Below, one piece after another: positions 1 to 13,100 of a DNA stretch of 64,000 nucleotides. The notes under the pieces were generated by a model that did no database searches, was not told the origin of the DNA, and saw only the letters and a list, made by a program, of their open reading frames with translations. This stretch comes from Diadema antillarum (taxonomy: Eukaryota): positions 558,001-622,000 of the forward strand of contig NW_027272472.1 in assembly GCF_040938485.1 (NCBI RefSeq), written 5' to 3'. Position numbers and translations under genes: made by a program. Position 1 is the first letter of the stretch. Each line of letters begins with the position of its first letter.

Positions 1-1437
1 TTTGGTTCGGGGTCGGTACTACTCTTTATTGTAACTTACGAACTTGATTTTAGGAAGGTACTTCGATTACTGTGTCACTTAGTTTATTATGTCATGTGTA
101 TATTCTATATCATAAAGTAAGCAACATGTATAGTAATATACAAACAATACCGTCTTTTGCAGCATAATCGTCCAAGAACACACACATGTTAAGTGCCTAT
201 TCAAAGGAATACGTCATGTAACAATATTGATATAAATTTTATCGAAAATGATTATCGTAATTACTTTTGTAATAGTTATATTTTTGCACTGATCTTTGAT
301 TCACAACACCAATAACAATTTAGGTCAGAGCTTGTGTTTGTGTGTGTATACAGTCTCTACTAGGCTATAGTGTAGTTGACATGAACAGCGTATTGTAACG
401 TCATGAACCACGATGCTGTCTATAACCAGCAAGGTATGTCCGTGGTGTATTGGTTCTGTTTAGCTCTTCATAACGCTAACAAAGGACAAGCGACTGCAAG
501 TTTTTTGATGTTTTTTAAACCTTTGAATTGTGCATCATTGCGCAGGTTGTAATGAATCCATGGTAGAGAGGGTTTCTCATTCGCTGTAGGTACCATAATA
601 ATCTTTGTCACTTTGTTGTAAAAATCTAAAATAATCGAGAATATTACCCCAAACCTAGGCATTCGGCTTCCGGCGTGATGACAACTGGGCGGTTGTGGTT
701 GATGATTGAGAACTCTACTACAAATCTACCCATTTTGAGGCTGGACATGTTTTACTTGAAATAACGAGGCCCTATTTTTGTTTCAGCGTAGATTCACAAA
801 ACATGTGCAACTTTTTATTGAGTTGCATGACCGTAATAGTCTGCCCTTACGGTGCTCTTTTAGAAGTGTGAGCAGCATCCACGTTTTAGGATACAGATGA
901 TACCAATAGGGGTACTTGGTTGCCGAACACATAATGCTTTAAATCTGATGCATGTTTTGTTTTGTTTTGTTTTGTTTGTAAACCATTCAATGTGAATATT
1001 TACAGCTGTGAGGAGACCTTCAACCCCCCCCCCCCCCCCCCCGTAGGCCAGGTGCAGTTACTGTTTCAGCGTTTCAATAAAACGACTCCTTTCACTATAA
1101 AATTTGTCTGCCTATCTTGTCTTTTCTCAGCAATGCAATAATATGCCTCATAACCACGATGAACTGAAACCAAGGTTAGAGTGTATAGAAGACAGCATAA
1201 ACATTTTAGAATGCATTTTTTACCCAGCAACTAATACAAGAATTGTCAGTAAACGTGCATGAGCTCGTGTGTGTACGTTTTGAGAGTGTTGTATTGGTTT
1301 GCTATAGCCAGGAACGGGAGTACATGTATAAGAGAACTATTAAAGGTATTCCAACCCTACATTATTAAAGTCATACCTCCTTCACATAGGATTTCCGACA
1401 GTTGAGAGAATTGATTATGGTCATGATGATGATCAAG

Positions 1438-1590
1438 NNNNNNNNNNNNNNNNNNNNNNNNNNNNNNNNNNNNNNNNNNNNNNNNNNNNNNNNNNNNNNN
1501 NNNNNNNNNNNNNNNNNNNNNNNNNNNNNNNNNNNNNNNNNNNNNNNNNNNNNNNNNNNNNNNNNNNNNNNNNNNNNNNNNNNNNNNNNN
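1438..1590. other. Undetermined bases (N run)
   Basis: N runs at 1438-1590, 35409-35556, 43810-44041, 44101-44481, 52644-52798 and 61772-61919, mostly beside low-complexity sequence; gaps or masking. Confidence 1.
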
Positions 1591-3200
1591 ATAAAACCGT
1601 AATTACATTATTGATCATAATGATGATAATGCTAATAAACATAACGTGAGATCCGCCGTATAAAGGCGAACGCGATAATACGATTAATAAGGGCTGTTTC
1701 GTCCTGTGCATAGCTTTCACAGGCGTGTCGCCTTTTGGACTTAAACTCACGTAACAAAACAAACATTTCCATATTGACTAAGTCGTTCCCTATATTAGGT
1801 GAGCTTTGGATGTGGTGATGTTGTACTCTGATGTTACGTCATTGCTAATGTATCAGAGTATACCTCAGCTCTTGTCATTGCTGTGAACAAGAACTCGATG
1901 CGCAGTTCTCACTGATATAATTAGTGATTATACACGGTGTGAATGCGTGCGAATGGTTTTGCATTATGGCTGATATGTTTGAGTTGAGAGTAACTGATGT
2001 AGATCACTCCCACTATTACACTCCTTTTTCACTTCCTATGTGATTTTCTACATTCATTCTTGCAAGATTTGTATAAGGTATATTGAAGTGTAATTCTTAT
2101 ATAATATTGCTCTTATACTGGTTATGATAATGACAGTTGTGACGACAATGATAGCAACGATGATAACGATAATAATAAGAAACTTTCATGTGATTATGAT
2201 GATGATGATGGTAGTTGTGATGATTATTATTATCTTGTGAAGTATGTTATGAATAATGTGCTGCTCTAGGCATTCTGTTTTCTCTGTTTGTATGTTTGTT
2301 TCTTGCCCGGATAGGACACTATACTCTTGAGGATAGCACGAGTAAAATGTGACAAAATTTCTAATGTCCTGTCCGCACATACTGTCACACTCGCACTTTT
2401 TGTGCAAGATTGTAATAAATACATTATATCAATGGCTATCGTAATCAGAGCTGGTGATTTGATAAGAGATGAGTTTTCTAACAGGATATTGACAATTCCA
2501 CTGATTAAAGTGATTAAGATCGACGAAAGATATCACATGCCGTCGTTCGCAATGCTCCGTTTGCAGTACATGCGATGAAAGAAAAAAAAACCCAGCTAAC
2601 TGCAGTTAATGATCAACCAGATAATCATGGAACAAATCTTATACTCATTGCACTGTTTCGACACTATGATCTTCAGTCTTAACATGTCAGTAGTAGCCAG
2701 AGCGGTTTGAATGCGACAAGAACGTATACCCTATGCAGCCAGTTTGGACACAAGTCTGTTTTGGGTGTTTTCAGCTCTGAGGAATATACCATCTCAATAT
2801 TTGCAGGTAAGAGTTACCAAGGAGCTATCACTCCACGGAAATAGTTTCCTTGTGTAGCAAGACCTTGTGAATAAAAGACTTACATCTAGAAGGTAGAACA
2901 GAAGACCTGAGACTGTAGACATAGGTTGAACGATGGCATTGGTAGCACAATAACGGTTTGACACCACAGACAGATAGAAGTGGGATGTACATCCGCTATT
3001 TCTTGATTACACAAGAGGTCCTTAGCATGTGCTTAAGTTGAAATTAATTTGAAGATGAAATATTTAACATATTTAGATTCAGAATGTAGCGTTAGAGTTT
3101 CGTTTTTCAATATGAGACAATGACGATGTCGATAAGAATTATTGAGAGAGACTAGAGGGCTCCTTTCCTCCATGTCGGTCCCAGATACCATCCTGTGGTA

Positions 3201-3328
3201 CAGGGGCTGACCCAGGAATTCCGCAAAGGGGAGGCGCCCCCATTTTTTCTTTTTATTTCTTTTGTTTTTTTTTTTCAAAAAATAAAGAGGGACGCGGGGT
3301 CGGTGCGCCCCCTCTGTATCTGTCACTG
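3201..3328. mobile_element. hAT-like CAG...CTG short MITE (GGATCC family), decayed copy
   Basis: CAGGGGCTGACCCAGGAATTCCGCAAAGGGG...GTATCTGTCACTG; similar to 16743-16935 and 32746-32883. Confidence 0.5.
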
Positions 3329-4212
3329 TGGTGTGATGGGTTAGCATGACATCAAAGTTTCTTATTCCAAACATCCTGGACTCTATGTACATAGTTATTC
3401 TCTGATTACATTATCCCTTATTAATCTTGTATGTTATGGCGCATATAGTTCGCCCGAAAACAATATAATGATTGTGCGTATGATTCGAACCTTTTTTGAT
3501 CTTACAGATATGATAATTATTATATATCAATTACGTTCGAACAGATATGATAATATTTATCAATTACGTTCGAAGAATGAGAACGCACAAAATTAATGCT
3601 GACATGAACAATGATACGCACAAAACTCATTTGAATGTTGAGGTGTTAAATTTTTGATTTGTTCTGGTATATAGATGAAGAGCATTATTGCCTTTTCATC
3701 CATCAGACGGCAGGGGAGTAATACTACCCTTCATAATTTGTATTATTATACCCATGTGTTTTTCATAGAAATTATATTTTGTTCAATTCATTCTATATTT
3801 GCTTTGTAATTGTGTTACAGCCTACCCATCAAGCGATAGCGGCACGTGGATTTAAATAAAAGTTCAAAGATTCATCACTTTTAATCGGCGTTTTCAAATT
3901 TTCTCAAACTTCACTGTCATTTGTTCACATAATGAAAATGCGCTCAGAGTGAATTCCCCTTTCGTCATAAATCGTCATGGAGATAATTAGGCCCTATATA
4001 CATACGCCCATAATCGTCTTTGAGTCCCGCCAAACGCCCGAAGGGGACTTTTGTAGACACAACTCCTCAGACATGTCATATAGGCTTACGGACTATGTGC
4101 CAGAGTTCATCTGGTCACTATATAACTAATCTTCATTATCTCTCTTCTCTGTTGATAGTGGTCTTCTTCTCTGCTTAGTTTCTGACCAGGAGGATTGCAC
4201 AACCCAAACAAG

Positions 4213-6871
4213 ATGGCATCGGGAGTGGTATGTATGCTCATTGCGTGATTACGTGGACTACTCTCGAAAGCCACAAAACGGGACTTTTAGTCTTTCATGT
4301 GTTTTGATTTGAGGACTATAAGGGCAGTCCATTCAGGGTTTAATTTGGTCATGAATTTCCGCGTTTGTTTGTGAGTGGATGTGTGTTAATCGAACGTATC
4401 AAATGATTACATATAACATTATTCTGCATATCATGTAAACCTAGTGATGCTAACAGGTAATTTGAAAGAAACAGCGCGTGAACAAGTGGTTTGATAACAG
4501 TTCATTTCTGTAATGAGATAAGAGTACTACCGAAGTTTTGACACAGAGCAGCTGAATGCCCATCTGCAGAACCAGCTTTTCAGTGCTTACAAAAGACATC
4601 CACCCCAAAATAAATAAACTTCTAAAGAAAGAGAAAAATATTCCTTACAGAATGATGCAAAAATGGCAAAAATCGGATAAGAAATAAGATAGATATGACA
4701 TTTTGAAATTTCATATTTTTCGGAAAACATTTCTTGACCAGTCCTTATGAATATTGAAATGAATGACTTGATGATGTCATACTCTCACAATTTTTCATGT
4801 ATGTTATTTAAGAAATTCGGAAAAGTTGTTATTCTTAGCTAATACAAGTAAAAACACGTTCCCGTATCGAGATATATCACAGTTAACATTTGTCCTTTTT
4901 TTATTTTGGGTGGTTTTAAGACAAGTTTTATATTTATACAGCTGAAATATGAGTTTTTGGTCATTTCTGTATGAAATGAATAAGAAATGTTGAGAGCATG
5001 ACATCGTCAACTTGCTGACTTGAATATTCATGTGGACTAGTCAAGAAACATTTTCCGAAAAAAATGTGAAATTTTAAAATGTCATATTTTCCTTATTTCT
5101 TATCCGATTTTTGTCATTTTTTTATCGTTCTATTATAGGGAATATTTTTTTCGTTTTTTTGAGGTTTATCTATTAATATTTTTAGGTGGATTTCCTCTTC
5201 AAGGGATAGTACAGTATTGGTGGAGATGAGAAGTGGACTTTTAACTTTTTGCGAGATACCAAGAAAACACGTATGAAATAGTTCAGAGCATACCATCTTA
5301 AGAGGAATTCAAAGTTTATTTGATGAAAATCGGGTTTGGAATGACTGAAACATCCTAAAAACAAAGTAAAACAAAGCGATCATGATAAATTGTGGGTCCC
5401 ACACTTATTAGAATCACTCTGTTTTTGATATCTCAGCCATTTCAAAACCAATTTTCATCAAATAAATGTTGAATTCCTCATGGAATTACATGCTCTTTCA
5501 TATTTGATAAGTGGTTTCTCATTATCTCACCAAAAAAATGTTAGAAACCTGAAATTAGGTCTCAACCAAAACTATACGATCCCTTTAAAATACTTGCAAG
5601 CTCTTTATGGGGAAAAATAAAAATCTGCTTATCTGATATCAGTCATGTTAACGTACACGCACATGATAAAAATTGTACAAGTAATTTTGTCTTCTGTGCA
5701 CGTGACATTGAAAACAAAATGGCAGGTTGAGATGCAGCCAGAGAAGTCCCGCTGGATGGATCGACCAGAAGGCGCGGACAGCTGTCCACCGGGTTTGGAA
5801 TACCTTCTACAGATTGATCAGCTTCTTGTTCATCAGCTGGTCGAAGTCTTTGAAGGTAGATTAATATAGAGAACTCAATGTAGTTGCGACCATAATCATT
5901 GTTTATCACGTGTTTTTGCTGATCACATGCTGCATGGTACAGTATATTCCAAAATCATACAAAATGCATTGATGATTATTTCTAGATGAAAAAAAACAAC
6001 AACACTCATATTACCCATATTACGCTCGACTACAGACAATGATGTTGGCTTTTAGGAGATTATATTGCACCTATCGGATCAAGAGTATGCTGTATACCAT
6101 TAATGCCAGGAATGAATTCGAAGACCACCCCAATGATGGAGATCATTGTATGCATGTTATAGGGCGTTTAATTTACTAGAGTTATCTATATATTTTGTTG
6201 CGACAAACGGATCATCAAGTAGCTTCACTTCTTCTTTTCTTTCACCATTGTTACTGTTTGATACTGGCGTTTTGTTTGACCACGCATATTTCAGTTGCTC
6301 TTTTGGTATTATGATTATAGTTTTTACATTGATTTTTAATTTCAAGGGCACAAAGAAATATACAAGATATCTTATATTTGAATACCTGAATGTAAGAAAA
6401 ACACAAATCCAGTAGAGAGAATTTCGAGAGGGAGAAAACACCAACAAATAACTTCTCAATTTCATATTTCACTTTATGGGAATGTTATGCATACAAAATT
6501 CAAATAAAAGATTTGATTGAATCCTTTGATTGATTATCTGCATTGCCATTACTAAGGGTCTCCAAAGATGATAGCTAAATTTGGACTTGGGCCGTTCTTA
6601 TATTCACGTATTCAATTGTCTCGCTCTTTCAAAAATTAATATCTTTTAATCATTTCAGTTGTCCAGTATGATGTCTATGTCAATGTTCCTGAGTCACCTT
6701 ACACCAATTTTTTCTTCTAATTCTTATCTCCTTCCTCACAGCTATAACTGGCATTCAAATGAAAAATAAATACGCCGTGAAGAACTCACTGGGTCAGCAA
6801 ATCTATTTTGCTTTTGAAGGTAAACGTTTTGTATATATTCAGTGGTATATATGGTGTGAATTTTATGAGAA

Positions 6872-6931
<60 letters not shown>

Positions 6932-9447
6932 GTGTGTGTGACATTGTGTACATTCGGATGAATTGATTCAGTTTTATTCGGTTCAGTTCAACATATTATT
7001 TCGATCAACTGTAGTCAGCACTTTTGTTCGAGCTACTTGGAAAGTAATTCTGAGAAGGAGAAAACACACACACAAGACGACAAACCAAAAACCTCTTCGG
7101 GAAGATATCAATAAGCAATATGCTCCTTGCGTGATCATAATTCGTCGTATCTTTGGCAATCACAGGTGAGGTACTTACGTGCACGATTTTTAAATCTTTC
7201 TGCATGAAATAAAAATCCAATAGAGGGCTTTTTACACTTGTGTTTCTTAACCCCGGACTTTCTCTGACCCAGGACTATCGTTAGTCCCGTACCAATTTTT
7301 TCAGCTTTTTACACTCGCCAATTAGTCCCGTACTATCTCTTGTCCGGGGCTAAGGAGAAAACTGACCTTTTTACACTCGTATTTCTTAGCCCCGGACTTT
7401 CCAAACCACATGAATATTCATAATTACGCTGTGTACTGTACACGTACACGCACGCACCGGCAGCACTTGATTGCCTCGTTTCTGATTGGTCAGTGAGGGT
7501 CGGACTTCGTCTCCGTCGCTTAGCCCAGGATTATTTTTTCGTTCTGTTTACACTCACTTGCTTGGCACCGCAATTGCGGTGCTAGCACCGCAATTGCGGT
7601 GCTAACCCCTGCTATTTTGCAGGGCCAGATAGTACCGTACTATCGGTGGGGCTAGCCCACTTTGGCAAAAACGAGTGTAAACAGAAAGTGGGCTAAGGAT
7701 AGTCCCGTACCAACGGTGGGGCTAAGGCCCCCCTTAGCCCCACCGATAGTCCGGGGCTAAGCAAAAATTTACAAGTGTAAAAAGCCCTTAATTTTACCCC
7801 TCCAAAGCTTTAGCATGTAATCATTGATTTAACATAGGTCAGAAGATATAATTAGAACAGCCCTGAATATATTCATCTTTTATCACACTGACGCTGACTA
7901 TGTGGGGGGGGGGGGGGTGAAGTATAATGAATAACTCATTACACAATTTCAACCCAAAAATATACTCTGAAAATTTCCAAATGTTTGTCATTTCGAACCT
8001 AATTTCATTTCTGGACAATCAAACCTTTGGTATAACGAACCTTATTTCATTGGATAAACGAACCTTTGGTATAACGAACCTTATTTCATTTTTTGATAGG
8101 CGAACCTTCGGAATAACGAAACTTATTTCATTTTTGAATTAACGAACCTTTGACTATTAACCCTACTTCATTTTCCGACGTTGAAAACGAACAGCTATAA
8201 CCAGAATTTGTGTGTTGGGGAATATCGGACCTTTGGCATGTTTGGAATATCACTCGATTACCATACTACAGTTTCTTAGCTATAAGCATTATAAACAAAT
8301 AGAACAATTTCTAAATTTTCCATAGCTTTGAATTAATCTTGGAAACGGAATATCTTTTTCTCTTTTCTTTTTTTTTTGTTAAAGAATCGAGTTTTTGCCA
8401 TCGGTGCTGCTGCGGTGCATTTCGTGGTTTTGTGCTACACATCGTCGACAACATGGGGAAGGTATGTCTTTAACTGCATTTTCGTAAAAGTGCGTATACG
8501 AGCACTATGGTGTGAGTTCACTTTATCATAGGGCAAACAACCATTACATCACTTGTGCTGAGACATTTTACAGTTTTTAAATTTTATTACACTGAATTAT
8601 TCATCATTAATATATATGCTTCTAAGGCTAGGCGTGCATACTGATAGCTTGAACATACATCATCATGGAGCTGGATGTTTTTCTAAATTATCCCGGCTCT
8701 TTACAAAGGAAAATGTAAATTCGTATCCAGATTCAGATTTCTTTATCTCCCCATTTATCATGAACAATTACGAAAATGAATATTCAACTGCAAAGGAAAT
8801 GCATGCTGAAAGAATTACCTTTATGAATATTCAACAAAAAAGCATATGCATATTCATAGCCTCCCCTCCTGAGTATCCAAGCACATAATATGATCTCACC
8901 AGTCGCTGGGCAATCTCAAGAAGCTCCTTCTTGGCCTGGTCGATGCCCTTGGGGCTTCCCTCGATGCGGATCTTTCTTGACTAAACTCTTGTGAAATGGG
9001 TCCATAAAAGTTTTCTAGCAAGTTCAATCCATGATGGTGTCATAATGTAAGTGGTTCTTTTGAAACATTAGTTATCATGAGCGTACAGCAAATGGCTATG
9101 AAACTTAATTGTTTCAGGTTTGTATTGCGTGTCATGCAAATGATTCCATTGATTTTGCTTACCAAATTATCTGTGTTGGCTGATTCCATTGGTCCACCTT
9201 GTCTGCAAAGGAGGTGATCAAGATTACGCGTCCGTTTCAGTGCTGCGCTGGTTGCTGCTGGTGCGCCAATTCGGATGTTTGTGCCTACCGGATCCAGGTG
9301 GAGGCACCACCGGGAAACGTCATTGGATACGCCAGACAGAGGTGAAGACTCGTTCCCCATTTCCATCCTCCTCCTCCTCCTCCTCCTCCTCCTCCTCCTA
9401 CCTCTCCTTTCTCTTTTCTTGTACCTTCTTGGCTTTCTTTGCACCCT

Positions 9448-9484
<37 letters not shown>

Positions 9485-10119
9485 TTTAGCATTATCTTCT
9501 TTCAACTTATCGTCTCTCAGTATGTTTCATTCTCCCTCCCCGGTACTCATTCGAACATCTGGGAAAAGGAGGGACAAATCAGTTAATCTAAGCTAAGCAA
9601 TAAAGGCTTTTGATTGTGTTTCATAATTACGAAAGCACTGCTGATGTGGGATAGGCCAACTGGGGATATTATAATCTGGAGTCTACCTTGTGCGTCCGTC
9701 CTTAGGACGGAGTGCTTTATTCGTTATGTCGCTATATAATTTATGATCCTTTACTCCAGTGTACAAAATATGAGTACCTGGTATGGCGATGCTGAGGGGA
9801 TCATGATGGCAGTATACCTCCTGTAAGATCAGTGCTAACGTTGAGTGTTGAATATCATAGATGGGCACGATCATGATTATGATACCAGCAATATAGCATA
9901 TGTGATATGATCTTAAGCTATACTCTCTCCATTATATTGGAGTATACATATGCTGCATGATTCTTTAGCCCCTATAAAAGAGTCGTCCCATGTCCACTAT
10001 AATAAATCAACATGTCTTACAGTTTAACTAGAATCAATCCGCGATCACAGTCCCTCCTTTTTCAAACGTGTTTAATCGCTAAATGAGTTAACTCAATTTT
10101 CTATTGTCGATTAAACTTG

Positions 10120-10168
<49 letters not shown>

Positions 10169-13100
10169 CATAACTTCAAGAATATCTTGTTTTGCAACAA
10201 GTGAGGTGTCCTTGGAAATATTCTATTGCTCTTTATATCTAATGATGGTAACGAAATGTTTAAGAATTCATAGCGCTTAAAATTAAATTTTTCCATCAAG
10301 ATCTTCATTTTAGTTGAAGGGGGGGGGGATTACACCCAATCGGACTCCCTAACAGACTGTAAGGTTATACCGTTTACTCATGAAATATCCAGTCGGAGCT
10401 GGTGGTATCCACACATGGACATAATGGACGCCGACATGAACCCTGTTCTAAAGGTCCGTGGACCATGCTGCTTCTGTCAGGCGATCTGTTGCCAAGGTGA
10501 TCTCGACTTCAGGGTAAGGATCAGCTAACTGGTACCTCCTTTCCACCTCTCGTTTACCTTCAGATCTAGGCCTCGGTTTATCAAAACTTATGAAAATTTA
10601 TTATCAGTCCCAGAAATAAATTTTAAGTCCCCCAAAGAATTATATGATGCCATACATCAACCATAACTTTCAATCAATTATAAGTTGAATTCAATTATAC
10701 GTCTCTTCATGAAAGAGACTTTTGATAATTGATCGAAAGTAATAATCGATAAGTGGGTCAGATTTATAATTGATTTTAGGATCAATCATAAATCTCGCTT
10801 GATAAAACAGGGCCCTATATGGTTATGACGCGCCTCCTCCCGGGTTTGACAATGGAAACAGCTGCATGTCTTGCGCATGTGCAGAGCAACAGTTTTTTCT
10901 TTGTTTAGTTTAGTTTTGTTTTCTTTTTTCCCTATTAACCGGGTGGTATGATCACCAACCTTTTATTACGGTCGCTTTGTTTTACTTTGTTTTTTGATGT
11001 CTCATCCAATCCAAAACCAATTTTTCATCTAATGAAATTTGATATGCTCTATAATTATTCTTGGTATCTCGCTCAAAATTAAAACCCCGATCCTCATCTC
11101 CACCAATACTGTACCATCCCTTTAAGCTCTGTAATGCAAATATCGGGCTGAGATTAAGGGTATATTCTCAGGAATTTAAGTAATATTTACCGAAGGAACT
11201 GTGGAAACTGAAACAAAATAAGTATATAGGTCTTCACTGGTAGTAAAAATTCCAATGGAAGCTGGAAGGTTATTTCAGTATTGTGCATCCCACTCGAGGA
11301 CTTCCCGCAGCTTAATCATTTTCTGGAGAAAAACACGACTTTTGTGATAAGGATGTGTTGGAAGGTTAGAATAAGCACAATAACAAAAATATCTTGTCGC
11401 AGGGCTTTAAATAGCACAAGACGTACAATCCTTTGCTCACAAAGAAATCGGTATTTCATGGATAGCAATTCTTAGCCAGATGCCTTTTTTATAAAAAAAA
11501 AAAAAGTCGTAAATATTATGATACACTTCCTTCAATAAGTATGATACAAAGAAAGAAAATATGACCCTGAATGCCTGAATGTTTCGTTTCACTTTGTTCA
11601 GTCATGTCAATTACTTGTTTGTTTGTTTTTTTATTTCGTAGATGGTAGATAATAAATATTTACAGTATAGTCAACTATGCATTAATTCATAATGACCGTC
11701 GACAATGTTTTGTGTTTATCTTTATAGATTTCTTATTTCAATAAAAGCAAGATATATTATGTTTACCTTTTGATGATTTCATGCCGCAGTTGAAGAGTAA
11801 CGACCTCCAGACAGATCTAGGAGTGATCGCCAAGCAGTGGCCGGGCTGCTTCAAGGAGTGTTGCAACTTTGCCATCACGTGTAAGTCTCACTCTCAACCC
11901 GTCGTTGACACCACGAAGTGGCACTTTGGCGCGGGGTTCACGAATACCGCGTTTCGAGAAAAACGCAATTAAAGTTTTACAATTTTTGAAATCGTCAAAT
12001 CGAGTGGATTTCTGTAACTAAACATGATAAATTGTACATGAACGGAAAGAGGAGAACTTCTTCTTTACAGTCACATACCAATTTTAAATAATGAAGGTGA
12101 AATATTGCGACGGCGAGGCAGGAAACAATTGTGCCGGTTCGTGGAATAAATCATACGCGTAAACCGCGGTCCGATTGTTTCCACGAAGTGGCACATTGGG
12201 CCGCGCCCCATTGTGTCCTGTGTATTATCGAGTACAATACGAGGTTTTCTGAGATGCGACCTTGAAATTGCTCTTACGATCGGTTTTAGGGGATATATGT
12301 ATGGTTTATTGACCAGAAAAGCAAGAAGGGTATTTTTCTCACCGGCTACTATGATTTTTTCAAATCGAGGAGAAAATATATTAGCACCATAAAGTTGCAA
12401 ACATAATGTGCCGCTTCGTGAACGAAATCACACGCCCAAATCGAGGTTTCATTAATTCCACGAAGTGGCACATTGCACGCGCGCACGACGTACCGTACGT
12501 GCGCCTTGTTCACAACAATGAGGTATTCGCGCGTGTTGCAATTTCCGAAATTACTTGCAATCATTTGTGCAGCCTTTACAGTAAAAATGTAGACAGTTTC
12601 GCCATTTCATTATAAACCCCAAATGTCTTCTTGGCTATATATCACAAGAACAATTGCATGTAATAAAAAACAAGTAGTGTTGCTGTTATGTTCAGGGCTT
12701 TCTGTTTTTATATAATGACAAGGGGTTGATTCCTAATCAGAATTATTCACTTCTGTACATTTACTCTAATGTATACTGATCTTTTTTCTTGCTTAATTCT
12801 ATGTTTCACGATGCTCACAGTTATGATTAACGTCTCATAACTTCACATGCAGACTTTATTTTACAGTTAAGTCTACTTTCTCTCTCTCACATTTCTCTCT
12901 CTCTCTCTCTCCGGCTCTCTCTCTCCTGGAAACAATCTCATGCCCTCCTCATACCCCATCAACTGCCCGTATTCAGTCTCTTTTTATCATACTTATTATT
13001 CTAATAGAATACTCACTACTTTCATTCGTCTATACAAGAAAAAAAAACTAGCAAAACAAAACCAAATCCACATGATAAAGGTTGAATAAAGAATGTACGA

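Noticed and set aside
2775-2806. Possible 5' UTR exon of paralog A (AG...CAG|GTAAGA)
   Set aside because: Splice signals alone, with no homology support; left uncalled.
7990-8160. Repeat-spacer-like array suggesting CRISPR
   Set aside because: Only 3-4 degenerate units, spacers not unique, dispersed copies elsewhere, eukaryotic context, no cas genes.
9040-9596. Three overlapping ORFs of 103-150 aa
   Set aside because: They are products of (CCT)n/(CT)n repeats and alternative frames over scramblase A exon 5.
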